DNA of 64,000 nt, taken from a virus. The stretch lies in IMG/VR virus record IMGVR_UViG_3300037067_022550, one strand, 5' to 3'. Position 1 is the first letter of the stretch, and the number at the start of each line of letters is the position of its first letter. Both the position numbers and the translations under genes were made by a program. Positions 38,777-49,065 of the stretch are shown piece after piece. Under the pieces are notes generated by a model. The model did not search any database. It was not told where the DNA came from and worked only from the letters and a program-made list of their open reading frames with translations.

Positions 38777-40540
38777 ATGAAAAAAATAGAAATTAAATTT
38801 GCCCAACCAACAATTAAATTAGCTATGCCTGTACAAATGACTCCAGAAACCAAAGAAAAAATGAAAGGATCAAATTGGTTTTTTGCTCCAGAAGTATCCA
38901 CTACTCCTCAAGACCTAAGCATCGTAAGAAAATTAAAAGAACAAGGAATAGAATCCGAAATAACTTTACCAAAAATATACAAATATAAACCTAAAAACGC
39001 TAGAAATATTAATGGTCAACCCTATTTAATTTTTGAAATAGAAGAACCTTATTTATATTCATCATTAGGTAGAGTTCCTAAAAATAAAAAAAATTTAGTT
39101 TCTATAACTTCTGAAGGAAAATTTTCATATCCCGGTAAAATAAGAGCCATTAATATTAATACTGGCAACGTTGAAGTTTTTACTTACCAAGAAGCTTTTG
39201 ATTCTATTAAAACTCAATCTATTCAATTTAGTGAAAAAACAAGATTAGAAATTAATAAAGCAGTAAATAGATATAATGAAAAAATTTCTAAAATTGATGC
39301 AGCAGCTGCAGATTTAACTAGATTGCCCTTACAACTATCCAGTGCTAAAAACATTGTGGATGAAAGAATTCAAACACTAGATGAAATGATTAATGCATTA
39401 AATCAAGAAATAAATTCTAATAAACCATCTGGAATATCAGAATATGAACAGGAAATTGAAGAAAAAATTAATTCTGGTCAATTAGGAGAAAGAGATTTTA
39501 AAGAATATGCATTAGCTAAATACCCATATCATTATGACCAGCTTGTAAAAGACTTAAAAGATGGCAAATTAATAATTCCTAATAACATACCTAACCCAGA
39601 AGAATATAAGCAAAAACTAATATCAATGGGGCAAATAGCTTTTGATAAATATATGGAAGAAAGATCCAAAAGACTTCAGGAAGATGATGAAGAAGAAGAA
39701 ATTAAAGAACCTTTCGATATAAGTCAACAAGAAATTAAAGATCTTAAAGAACTTGCAGAGGGAGAAGTACCTGTTTCTTTAAAAACAAAGGGATATCCAT
39801 CTTATGAAGGCTATATCAAAACTCAATTTGCAGCACTCAAAGGATGCGAAAGAGATAAAAAAGAGTTATCAAAAATGTCTTCTATGTTAGACGGCATAGC
39901 TAATGAAATAGGCAGATTGGGTGCTGGTCAAAGATCTATTGAATATCTTAAAACACAAGAAGGACAAAAAATAGTGGGGTATTTAAAAACACTATGTAAT
40001 GAAGGATTGAAAAGGTTTACAGAAAGATATTCTAGAAAAATAGTAGACGAACAAGGAAGAATAGATCCATCTAAATTTGGCAGAGAAGGCAGTATGGGGA
40101 ACGCTTTGTTGATAGTTGTATTTACTAGAATTTATACTGTTATATCGGAATTGTTTAAAAAAGCTGGATTACCTAATCCTATCGTTCCAACCCCTTCTAT
40201 ATCTATTGAACAAACAAAAGATCCAACATCTTTACCACAAAAACAAAATCCATCTCCTGTTCAAGCAAATTCCATAAAAACAATAAAAATTGCCCAGTCC
40301 TCTGATCCATTAAAAAATGAAATAGAAGAACATGAAGAAAATAACATAATTAATAATGAAGAAGAAACAGACCCAAACTATTTAATTGAAGATCTTCATA
40401 AAGCTATTTTTGATCTTCTAAACAATAATGTTATTGGACATAATATAACAGCTGAAAAATTATCTAATTTGACTGGTTTATCAGAAGAAAGATGTCAAGA
40501 AATCATAGATCTATCAAAAACAAAACATGCAATTTATTAA
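38777..40540 (+). CDS. hypothetical protein (coiled-coil rich)
   Basis: 587-aa ORF with GGAG RBS. Confidence 0.45.
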   Translation: MKKIEIKFAQPTIKLAMPVQMTPETKEKMKGSNWFFAPEVSTTPQDLSIVRKLKEQGIESEITLPKIYKYKPKNARNINGQPYLIFEIEEPYLYSSLGRVPKNKKNLVSITSEGKFSYPGKIRAININTGNVEVFTYQEAFDSIKTQSIQFSEKTRLEINKAVNRYNEKISKIDAAAADLTRLPLQLSSAKNIVDERIQTLDEMINALNQEINSNKPSGISEYEQEIEEKINSGQLGERDFKEYALAKYPYHYDQLVKDLKDGKLIIPNNIPNPEEYKQKLISMGQIAFDKYMEERSKRLQEDDEEEEIKEPFDISQQEIKDLKELAEGEVPVSLKTKGYPSYEGYIKTQFAALKGCERDKKELSKMSSMLDGIANEIGRLGAGQRSIEYLKTQEGQKIVGYLKTLCNEGLKRFTERYSRKIVDEQGRIDPSKFGREGSMGNALLIVVFTRIYTVISELFKKAGLPNPIVPTPSISIEQTKDPTSLPQKQNPSPVQANSIKTIKIAQSSDPLKNEIEEHEENNIINNEEETDPNYLIEDLHKAIFDLLNNNVIGHNITAEKLSNLTGLSEERCQEIIDLSKTKHAIY

Positions 40541-40591
40541 TGGAGCATAAAACCCCAACATCTTTAGTGATTCAGTAGTTGACAAATAAAA

Positions 40592-41848
40592 TTATTGGGG
40601 CATCATAACAGCCCAATTATATGAACGATTTAATAAGTTAGAAGCAACCTTATTGCAATCTCCTATTGTTGTCTTTTCAATACCGCTGATAATATCTTCA
40701 ACCGTTTTGTTATTATCGAATAATAAAGATTTCATAACTGTGCTAGCCATTCCAAACGATGTTTCTGTATTTCTAAATATTTGAGACAACAAATCAGTTT
40801 TTGCACATTCAAAAACTTTATTGGCTAAACCGTTATGTTTAATTTTGTGTAATTCGTTTTCACATTCTTCAATAAATAAATTAACGTTTTTAGGTGAAGT
40901 ATTGCCATAAATCATAGGAAGAATACAATTAGGATAAGATATATCTGTTACTTGAGAACCTACAGAATAACATAAACCCAATTGCTCTCTTATTCTAGAG
41001 AATAGAATTGAATACATACCACCTCCAATACACTTAAAAAGTATCTTTTGAGCAAAATAATAAAGATCATTTGCCCCTAACCCTAATAGTGGCAAACAAA
41101 CCTGAGACTGAGTTATTTTATTTCTTTTGACAAGTAATTTAATTTTCTTGTTGTTTATAAAATCCTTTTTCCAAAGCTTATTATCACAAATGTTTTTAGT
41201 TCCATGTTTTAAAAAAGAATGCTGTTTTGGGAAATTTAATTTAATGTATTCTATTATATCTTCTGTTTTTGTTGGTCCACAAAAAACAAATAATATATTT
41301 TCATAACAATTGTTTTTATGGAGATATTGAATGATTTTGTCTCTATTAATCCCTTTTATGGTTTTAACAGTGCCAATTATAGAATGACCCTTTTCTTCTG
41401 TGAACATTTTGTTTCCAATGTTTTCATAAAAGAAAGACGTATGGTCATCATTATATCCTTTTCTTTCTTCAATAATAACATTTCTTTCTTTCTCAATCTC
41501 TTCTACTGGAAACAGAGAATTAAAAAACATATCTGTCATTAAACTAATTGCATTTTTTATATTTTTGGCTGGAAAAGTACAATGATATAAAACTTCTGTA
41601 TTATCAGTATAAGCATTTTGACTTGCTCCAATAGATGCAAATTCTTCATTAATTTGTTTCCAGTCTCTATTTTTTGTACCTTTAAAAAACATATGCTCTG
41701 CAAAATGAGAAATTCCGTAAATATCGGGGGTTTCAAAATTGCTTCCACAAATAGTGCAAATTCCCATAAAATTTATATTGCTATTATTATAAATGTTTGC
41801 TACTCTTAATCCATTGACATTTGATATTTCTATGTTTCCGTTTTTCAT
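40592..41848 (-). CDS. M16-family (pitrilysin/insulinase-like) zinc peptidase
   Basis: Inverted zinc motif HFAEHMFFKGT (HxxEH). Confidence 0.6.
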   Translation of the reverse strand: MKNGNIEISNVNGLRVANIYNNSNINFMGICTICGSNFETPDIYGISHFAEHMFFKGTKNRDWKQINEEFASIGASQNAYTDNTEVLYHCTFPAKNIKNAISLMTDMFFNSLFPVEEIEKERNVIIEERKGYNDDHTSFFYENIGNKMFTEEKGHSIIGTVKTIKGINRDKIIQYLHKNNCYENILFVFCGPTKTEDIIEYIKLNFPKQHSFLKHGTKNICDNKLWKKDFINNKKIKLLVKRNKITQSQVCLPLLGLGANDLYYFAQKILFKCIGGGMYSILFSRIREQLGLCYSVGSQVTDISYPNCILPMIYGNTSPKNVNLFIEECENELHKIKHNGLANKVFECAKTDLLSQIFRNTETSFGMASTVMKSLLFDNNKTVEDIISGIEKTTIGDCNKVASNLLNRSYNWAVMMPQ

Positions 41849-41893
41849 TTTTTTGTTTCTCCTAATATAATTAAACTATAAGGATATTATACA

Positions 41894-42934
41894 ATGGAAC
41901 AATTATTTACAAGAAAAGAATTTAGAGAAAAAGTTTTTCAAAGAGACGGCAATAAATGCGTAATATGCAATGAAACCAAAAATCTGGATGCTCATCATAT
42001 TGTTGATCGTAGACTTTGGGATGATGGAGGGTACTATCTTTCCAATGGCGTAACCTTGTGTTCAACTCATCATATTCAAGCAGAGCAAACGGTATTAAGT
42101 TGTAATAATGTCAGAGATGCTGCTAAAATTAAAACGATACTGCTGCCGCCTACTTTTTATAATGATGAACAAATAGACAAATGGGGTAACATAATACTTC
42201 CAAATGGCCAAAGATTTATAGGAGAACTTTTCTTTGATGAATCTGTTCACAAAATATTAGAACTTGGAGGGGTTTTAAATCAATTTACTAAGTTCATAAA
42301 ATACCCCAAAACCCAACACCTGCCTTGGTCTCCTGGAATAACTAAAGATGATAGGGTTATGAAAATTCAAGACTTAGAAAAAAACTTTGGGGGCAAGGAA
42401 GTTGTTATAAGTGAAAAAGTTGATGGGGAAAACACAACATGCTACAACAATTATATTCATGCTCGTTCAATTGATGGCAGAAATCATGTTTCTAGAAATT
42501 GGATCAAGAATTTACACTCCAAAATAAAATATGACATACCTGAAGGATGGAGAATTTGCGGTGAAAACCTTTATGCAAAACATACAATAGCATATTCTAA
42601 TCTTCCATCTTATTTCTTGGTTTTTGCAATATTTAATGAAAAAAACACTTGTTTGAGCTTTTTAGAAACAGTTGAATATTGTAAATTGCTGGGTTTAAGT
42701 TGGGTACAACCAAAATTTATTATGAAATATGATGAAAAATTTATAAAAGAAAACTGTTATACCGGCAATTCAATGTATGGGGGAGAACAAGAAGGTTATG
42801 TGATTAGATTGTCTTCTGAAATTCCATTTACAAATTATAAAAATAGTATTGCCAAATATGTTAGAAAGAATCATGTTCAAACAAATCAAAATTGGATGTA
42901 TCAACCAATAATAAAAAACAAATTGTCAATTTAA
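41894..42934 (+). CDS. HNH-motif / Rnl2-like RNA ligase fusion protein
   Basis: N-terminus CVICNETKNLDAHHIV...CSTHH (HNH). Ligase motif I EKVDGEN, motif III-like RICGENLYAKH, and motif IV EGYVIR. Confidence 0.6.
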   Translation: MEQLFTRKEFREKVFQRDGNKCVICNETKNLDAHHIVDRRLWDDGGYYLSNGVTLCSTHHIQAEQTVLSCNNVRDAAKIKTILLPPTFYNDEQIDKWGNIILPNGQRFIGELFFDESVHKILELGGVLNQFTKFIKYPKTQHLPWSPGITKDDRVMKIQDLEKNFGGKEVVISEKVDGENTTCYNNYIHARSIDGRNHVSRNWIKNLHSKIKYDIPEGWRICGENLYAKHTIAYSNLPSYFLVFAIFNEKNTCLSFLETVEYCKLLGLSWVQPKFIMKYDEKFIKENCYTGNSMYGGEQEGYVIRLSSEIPFTNYKNSIAKYVRKNHVQTNQNWMYQPIIKNKLSI

Positions 42935-42935
42935 A

Positions 42936-44015
42936 TTATTTCTTCTTTTTGGTTTTAGTTGCCTGTTTAGGTTGCAATTTTTCTTTTAAAGATTGTAACT
43001 TTTTATATGCCATATTTCCAAATTGATATGGTTCAAAATCTTCTTGTAATTCTATTTCTTGTTTATCACGTTCTTCTTTTGCATCATTATATTCTTTAAC
43101 AGCTTTATTATAAGCTTCTTCATTGAAAAATACATTTTTGGATTTTTCAAAATCTTCATTTTCAAACTCTTGTTGATTAGGAGATTTTTTATATTCCATA
43201 GTAAAATCTTCTTTGGATGGCTCTTCTGGAATTTGGGGCAATGATTCTCCCCAATCAGAAGTTGCCCAAGAATCAAAAGCCCATTCTTCTAAAGATTGAA
43301 CAGCAGAATCTAATAATCCTATTTCTTCTCTGACATTAGCAAATGAAAATATATCATCAATAAGTTCACTAGCTTTTCCGCTATAATAATATTGACCACC
43401 CCATGCTTCTGAAAAAGCCTGCCTTAAGGCTTCATAATAAGAATCAGAATCTCCCCCAATTTTAAAAGATTGTCTTTTGTCATCTTCACCATAAACCAAA
43501 GGGGGAACTCCCATTTCATCAACAATATAATCCTTTAAATCTTTTATTTCTATCTTTCCGATATCCTGTCTATCATTTATCCACTTTGGTTTTAAACCCA
43601 ATGTTTTTAAGTAATCAAAAAATTCTTTTAATAAGGTATTACAATATTTTTCATTATCAAGATTTTGTTCTGGAACATAATCATAATTAACTTCTAGTAT
43701 ACCAAAAAAAGAAGGATCTTTTGTAGACATCTGAACAACAAAATTAGCTCTAGGAAAGTTATATTCGTTTCTTAATGAATAAACATGTTCTCCATGCTTT
43801 TCATCTGCATAAGTATCAATTTTTAAAAGATTACTTTCAATATCATAATCTTTTTCTACTTTTTGTATCGTCCATCCATTATTAAAACGAAATATAACAT
43901 AATGCTCGGTAAATTCTTTTGCAGCATCAATTTCGTCAGGAGATGTTACTAAGTCTGGTTTTGGTGGGACAGCAGGATCTGTTTTATTTTGTTGTGATAT
44001 TTTATACCAATTCAT
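42936..44015 (-). CDS. hypothetical protein with MNWYKISQ N-terminus (shared with 17848 protein)
   Basis: Identical first 8 residues, MNWYKISQ; acidic and Trp-rich. Confidence 0.4.
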   Translation of the reverse strand: MNWYKISQQNKTDPAVPPKPDLVTSPDEIDAAKEFTEHYVIFRFNNGWTIQKVEKDYDIESNLLKIDTYADEKHGEHVYSLRNEYNFPRANFVVQMSTKDPSFFGILEVNYDYVPEQNLDNEKYCNTLLKEFFDYLKTLGLKPKWINDRQDIGKIEIKDLKDYIVDEMGVPPLVYGEDDKRQSFKIGGDSDSYYEALRQAFSEAWGGQYYYSGKASELIDDIFSFANVREEIGLLDSAVQSLEEWAFDSWATSDWGESLPQIPEEPSKEDFTMEYKKSPNQQEFENEDFEKSKNVFFNEEAYNKAVKEYNDAKEERDKQEIELQEDFEPYQFGNMAYKKLQSLKEKLQPKQATKTKKKK

Positions 44016-44060
44016 ACATTAATAATTCAAGAAAACAATATAAAAACCTATAGAAAAAAT

Positions 44061-44336
44061 TTATTGGTTTCTAATTCTTTTTGCAATATCAATCAAAAAG
44101 TCACTTTCTTTAATATCTAATGCCAATATGCAACTAATTTTTTCTAATATTTTTTTATTTTCTTTTTTATTTTCTTTTTTATTTCCAAAATGAGATAAAA
44201 AATCCCATATAGTAGATTCATCTGAAACCAATGCATCAGGATGTCCAAGAATTTTTAATATTTTTTTGATTTCCTTTGTGTATTGATCTACTTTAATAGT
44301 CGCTGCCATTACCATCTCTATTTTATTTTTTTTCAT
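44061..44336 (-). CDS. hypothetical protein
   Basis: 91-aa ORF. Confidence 0.35.
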   Translation of the reverse strand: MKKNKIEMVMAATIKVDQYTKEIKKILKILGHPDALVSDESTIWDFLSHFGNKKENKKENKKILEKISCILALDIKESDFLIDIAKRIRNQ

Positions 44337-44758
44337 TTTTTTACAATATTATGATCCTTATCATAAATAGGAACAAAATTATTAGTGTTCCATTTAGACA
44401 ACTTTATTAGTTCTTTAACGGATTTATTTTCATTATCAAATCTACAATCCATTTCTCTCAAAACATAAAATGTTGTTTTTAATTCATTAGCAATTTTAAT
44501 AAGTATAGGTGCATCTTTAGTCAAATCCAAGTCTCCAAACCAAACCTTGCCTAGTTTTTCGTCAATTAAATTAGCATTAAAAAAAACAATGTTTTGCGGA
44601 TTACTTATACAATAAAAAGATTTAGACCCCCCAATTAAACGAGAAAAACAAAATCCGTTTTCTGCCAGTTTGTTAGTTATTGTTTCTGGAGTTAGTTTTT
44701 TATTAATAGTGTTTTTCATTTTTAATCCTTTATAGGGCATAAGCAAACTACCTAACAA
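44333..44758 (-). CDS. hypothetical protein
   Basis: 141-aa ORF. Confidence 0.35.
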   Translation of the reverse strand: MLGSLLMPYKGLKMKNTINKKLTPETITNKLAENGFCFSRLIGGSKSFYCISNPQNIVFFNANLIDEKLGKVWFGDLDLTKDAPILIKIANELKTTFYVLREMDCRFDNENKSVKELIKLSKWNTNNFVPIYDKDHNIVKK

Positions 44759-44954
44759 TTTTAGTTCCGCATTTTATGCAAATATCAAAAAGATAGGTTT
44801 TACTTTTTGTTTTTTCATCTAACTTAAAAGAAATTCCTCCATTTTCTATTAAAAGTTTAATACCTTTGTCTAATGCCTGATGGTCTATCTTATCTTCCTC
44901 ATCATATCTTGGCTCAAATTTATGTTCATTATATGTACCGCAACACATACTCAT
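44748..44954 (-). CDS. hypothetical small Cys-containing protein
   Basis: 68-aa ORF. Confidence 0.3.
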   Translation of the reverse strand: MSMCCGTYNEHKFEPRYDEEDKIDHQALDKGIKLLIENGGISFKLDEKTKSKTYLFDICIKCGTKIVR

Positions 44955-45002
44955 AATATTTATCCTTTTGTTTTATAAATTATTTAATAACTTTTATATA
45001 GA

Positions 45003-45077
45003 TGGTGGACCCAGGGAGAATCGAACTCCCACTAAAAGCTTGCAAAGCTCCCGTGCTACCATTATCACTATGAGCCC
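45003..45077 (-). tRNA. tRNA-Ala (UGC), solitary
   Basis: G3:U70 pair, anticodon loop TTTGCAA, T-arm GGGAGTTCGATTCTCCC, and CCA encoded. Confidence 0.65.
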
Positions 45078-45095
45078 ATTATTTTATTATTTGTT

Positions 45096-45305
45096 TTAAA
45101 CAACACTATCAGAAACAGTCTCTTTATCAGTTATATTTTGCCATACCGGATAATTTTCCTTGCATGGGCAGATACGATTTCTGAACCTAGTCGCTTTTAA
45201 ATGTTCAGGAATCTTATCATCACTATAAGTAATTTCAATTTTACATGGAGATCCACATATTGAACACTCCCACTTTTCTGTAAATAAAGCATCTTTTTCA
45301 TTCAT
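45096..45305 (-). CDS. small Cys-rich protein
   Basis: CSICGSPC ... CPC; 69 aa. Confidence 0.35.
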   Translation of the reverse strand: MNEKDALFTEKWECSICGSPCKIEITYSDDKIPEHLKATRFRNRICPCKENYPVWQNITDKETVSDSVV

Positions 45306-45525
45306 ACAGCTTTACTGAGTCCTTTCTAATATTTTCATCTTTAATAGAATCTATAATTTTAAAACCATTGCATTTACCGTCTTCTCCAATTACAGCAATT
45401 GAAGGAACTGTACATTTAAAACTTATATTATATTGGCACAGTTTTGCTAAACAATCTATATCTTCCCAATCACGACTTAAATATGGGAAACCGTCGTTGT
45501 GAGGCATTAAATTATTTTTTTCCAT
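45298..45525 (-). CDS. small hypothetical protein
   Basis: 75-aa ORF. Confidence 0.3.
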   Translation of the reverse strand: MEKNNLMPHNDGFPYLSRDWEDIDCLAKLCQYNISFKCTVPSIAVIGEDGKCNGFKIIDSIKDENIRKDSVKLYE

Positions 45526-45705
45526 TATTTTAATTCCTTTACATCTTTATATTTGCATTCTTTTTCATCATGCATTTCCCATTTCAACCCGTAGCAATAA
45601 CTATTTTTACATTTAGAACAAATATAACAAACAGATCATCCACCATCAGCAACCTTATAAATAGTAGAGTCGCACTTTGGACAAATTAATTTATCTAATT
45701 TACTT

Positions 45706-46140
45706 TTAGATCTTGCAACCATGGTCTTTTCCTATTAACTCCTTATCTTTTAAATGTTTTTTAAATTCATCCAAATGTTCTTCACACGAATTCATTTCAC
45801 AATAGTAAGGCCACAAATGGTCTAATCTAACAGCAGGTTTTTCACAAAAAAAACATTTAATGATGTCTTTTTCTTTAGCCTTATTTATATCAACCCTTTT
45901 CCAAGAATCAAATTCTTCAATATTTCCATCAGTAAATTTATGCTTATATGTATATTTAATAAAAACCTTACCATTAGAATCATATGGCATACTTACATGT
46001 AAAAATCCGCCAATTCCCAAACCAGAATTACCAACAATACCATATTTGCCAATTTGATTAGCATTTTTAGCTTTTTCTATCATTGATTTAAATTTTGATT
46101 TAATTTTTTTAATTTCTTTTTTATTGCTTTTTTTTATCAT
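45706..46140 (-). CDS. hypothetical Cys-rich protein
   Basis: 144-aa ORF. Confidence 0.35.
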   Translation of the reverse strand: MIKKSNKKEIKKIKSKFKSMIEKAKNANQIGKYGIVGNSGLGIGGFLHVSMPYDSNGKVFIKYTYKHKFTDGNIEEFDSWKRVDINKAKEKDIIKCFFCEKPAVRLDHLWPYYCEMNSCEEHLDEFKKHLKDKELIGKDHGCKI

Positions 46141-46326
46141 TTTTATTCTCCTCTAACTATAGCCAAAATCATGCAAAATGGACAAAAAACAAAATTTATA
46201 AGTGAAATTAATATAACTCTTGATCTTGCCAAACTATTTGACCATCCGTGTATTTTTAACTGTCTGCGTGCAGTATAAATACTCCAAAGTAAACACAAAA
46301 ATAAAAATTTAAGCATGTTCTAATCC

Positions 46327-46656
46327 TTAACCGTCATTAACTTCTACTTTTGCTTCATAATCCGAATTTAATAATACTGTTTTCCATTTGGGATATGAAT
46401 CTGTTGTGTATTTTTCTAGGTTTTCAAAAGTAACTTCCAAAAAACTTTTGTCTTTGGTTTTAATTACATGCATACCCATGATAATGTTGCCATCTTTTAC
46501 TTTTACTTTTTTATTAATTTCAGTTTTAGAAATTCCATTATACCAATTTTCTACTTCCTGAATTTCTTTTTTGCCTAGTTTAACGCAATTTGGTTCATCA
46601 CGATTAATTGCCACAAATTGTTCTTGTAACTTTTTAATTTCTTCTATTATATTCAT
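46327..46656 (-). CDS. hypothetical protein
   Basis: 109-aa ORF. Confidence 0.35.
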   Translation of the reverse strand: MNIIEEIKKLQEQFVAINRDEPNCVKLGKKEIQEVENWYNGISKTEINKKVKVKDGNIIMGMHVIKTKDKSFLEVTFENLEKYTTDSYPKWKTVLLNSDYEAKVEVNDG

Positions 46657-47435
46657 TTTTTTAATCTCCCTTCATTATACTCCTTGATTGCTTTTAACCA
46701 TGTTGGAGAAATAAGATTTTTATCAACATTGGCTTTGTAATAAGCATATAAACCACATTTAGGGCAAAGTGGTGCATACTGTTCTATAAGTCTTTTAACT
46801 GTTATTTCTGCTACCGTTTTAATGGCTACATCTAGTTTAAAAATTCTAGCTATGGCTGCTCCAACTGGACAACAATAAAAACCTGTTATATCATATCCTA
46901 ATCCGCACAATCTTGAACCATCGTTACAACCATGGTATAGATGATCTTTATTATATTTATCTGGTTCCATATCTACCGGAGCTTGGAACTGAGCTATTTT
47001 ATGAACTCTTGCTTTTTGTTTCATTGTATCTTTAACTTCAAAATCAGGATACTTTTTCATAACATTTTCTATCTTATAATAAAATTTTGGATGATGATAT
47101 GTATAAGTTCCGACATTACACTCCTGGTTATATTTTCTTTTATAATACATTAATATATCAACAATTTCTTCAAAATTTTCATGCATTGTCGGTTCGCCAC
47201 CAGTTAAAGTTATTCTTGTCCAAGACTTGTTATTTTTGACACAATCGTTTAACATGTTTTCTATTTGTTTTGGACTTAAATCTTCTTTTTTTGATGAAGG
47301 ACACAATCCTGTTGCCCTATTACAATTTGTACACCCCCTATCACAACGATATGTTACATTAATTTTTAAATGTTGAATTCTTGGCAAAAACACTCTAACA
47401 TCTACTCCATATAAATCTGCTTCTCTTTGTTTCAT
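46653..47435 (-). CDS. radical SAM enzyme with C-terminal Cys-rich (SPASM/twitch-like) extension; QueE-like core
   Basis: YRCDRGCTNCN (CxxxCxxC) and LTGGEPT; C-terminal CNDGSRLCGLG...CCPVG...CPKCG. Confidence 0.55.
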   Translation of the reverse strand: MKQREADLYGVDVRVFLPRIQHLKINVTYRCDRGCTNCNRATGLCPSSKKEDLSPKQIENMLNDCVKNNKSWTRITLTGGEPTMHENFEEIVDILMYYKRKYNQECNVGTYTYHHPKFYYKIENVMKKYPDFEVKDTMKQKARVHKIAQFQAPVDMEPDKYNKDHLYHGCNDGSRLCGLGYDITGFYCCPVGAAIARIFKLDVAIKTVAEITVKRLIEQYAPLCPKCGLYAYYKANVDKNLISPTWLKAIKEYNEGRLKK

Positions 47436-47456
47436 AATGTTTAATATTTCCTTTAA

Positions 47457-47639
47457 CTATATCTCTATTATAAATCTTTTTTTAACAATAATCTTTGCTT
47501 TCTCCTTTTTTAACATCTCAATTCTATCTAATAAGTTCTTTTTGTCAGCAACTGGTTCATCACAAAAACATATTTGTGTTTCAGGTTTAAAGTGATATAA
47601 AACGTATTCCTTTTTAAAAACTAAATTTCCAATTTTCAT
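47457..47639 (-). CDS. hypothetical small protein
   Basis: 60-aa ORF. Confidence 0.25.
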   Translation of the reverse strand: MKIGNLVFKKEYVLYHFKPETQICFCDEPVADKKNLLDRIEMLKKEKAKIIVKKRFIIEI

Positions 47640-47660
47640 TGTTTTAATTCCTCCAAAAAA

Positions 47661-48095
47661 TCATAATGAAACAATTATTACTCTATCATCTAAAATTGGT
47701 TCTATTATTTTTTTAACATCTTTCCAGTCTAACCCCCCATTAGCGCAACCTGGTCTAGGAAGAACAACTTTTTTATAGTTATTTTTATTAATTAATTCCA
47801 TTAATTCTTCTGTAGATTTTTCTATTAATCTTATATCAGAAGGATCTTTCCAGTGATATTTTGTTGGAAAAGATATTAAATCTGTTAAATCTGCCGTATA
47901 GAAAACTCCAACATTATGTCCCATTTTTTTAATACGAATACCCAAATACTTATCACAGCCAGGAAACTTTTTAACAGCAGCCAAAGCAACTCCTGCACCC
48001 ATTACTGCACAACCATTTGCCTTAATAATACCGTTCGTGGTAATACAATAAGCATTAGCAAGTATATCCCACATATTTCCAGTTAATTCTTTCAT
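47661..48095 (-). CDS. macro-domain-like protein (ADP-ribose binding/processing)
   Basis: NGCAVMGAGVALAA glycine-rich loop and PRPGCANGG. Confidence 0.4.
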   Translation of the reverse strand: MKELTGNMWDILANAYCITTNGIIKANGCAVMGAGVALAAVKKFPGCDKYLGIRIKKMGHNVGVFYTADLTDLISFPTKYHWKDPSDIRLIEKSTEELMELINKNNYKKVVLPRPGCANGGLDWKDVKKIIEPILDDRVIIVSL

Positions 48096-48197
48096 TTTTT
48101 ATATTTTCTTTCTCTATAATGTTTACAATAATAATGTTTTGCACGTGGTTGTTCTGCATGACAACTCAATGGTTCAGAACAATTATCGCAACATTTT

Positions 48198-48701
48198 TTA
48201 CTTTTTGCTATTTTTTTCTTTATCCCATTTTTCATAAAAACTATTAATTTCTTTGTTTAATATATAAAGAAATGACTCAACTTCTTTCTTTAAATAACAA
48301 CGCCTAACTTTATCAGATATATTTATAACATCAGATAATTTTGGATGAGAATAAATTTCACTTAATGCTTCTGCTTTTTTTTCTTTCCTATACCTATAAA
48401 AATCTCCCCTGCCACAAAACCATTCGTGACCAAACACCGTGTCATCCCACAAATATCTTCTTAAAATAGAACATCCATCCGTTGAATAATTTTCTTCAAC
48501 AATTTCAAATATATCTTTTTTAATTTTAGATTTAGTTTTCCATTGTTCTAATGAATTATAAACAATATTTAAAACACAATCAGCTGCAGGAATATAATAA
48601 TCATATTTTAATTCTTTTGTAAATGCAGTTAAAATTAAATTAGATAGGATATCTTGATAATTTAATTTATTATTAAAACAAGATGCACTTGTTTTTTTCA
48701 T
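48198..48701 (-). CDS. hypothetical protein
   Basis: 167-aa ORF. Confidence 0.35.
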   Translation of the reverse strand: MKKTSASCFNNKLNYQDILSNLILTAFTKELKYDYYIPAADCVLNIVYNSLEQWKTKSKIKKDIFEIVEENYSTDGCSILRRYLWDDTVFGHEWFCGRGDFYRYRKEKKAEALSEIYSHPKLSDVINISDKVRRCYLKKEVESFLYILNKEINSFYEKWDKEKNSKK

Positions 48702-48704
48702 TAT

Positions 48705-48983
48705 TTATCCTCTTGTTTTATTTACCTTTGGATTTGATGGGCATGGTCCAAATGGGTCTACTGGCCCGCTTGAAGAATATCCTCCCATATAACATCCACA
48801 TGGACATTCATGGGGATTATTATAATTTATCATATAAGTATGTGGTCCGTACTTTTTTTTATTTACAGACCTTGCTTTATACCAAATACCATTCTCAATC
48901 CATAATGACCAACCCTTACCAACCTTAGGATTTTTATGTACTCCAGAATCTCCAATTTTTATTTTCATATTAAATTTCCTCAC
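48705..48983 (-). CDS. hypothetical Cys/Gly/Pro-rich protein
   Basis: 92-aa ORF. Confidence 0.3.
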   Translation of the reverse strand: MRKFNMKIKIGDSGVHKNPKVGKGWSLWIENGIWYKARSVNKKKYGPHTYMINYNNPHECPCGCYMGGYSSSGPVDPFGPCPSNPKVNKTRG

Positions 48984-49065
48984 GTTCTATATAATGTTTC
49001 CAATAAGTTTTACAATGTTTACAATCCACATATAAGTGGTCATATTTTATTATACAATGTTTGTT

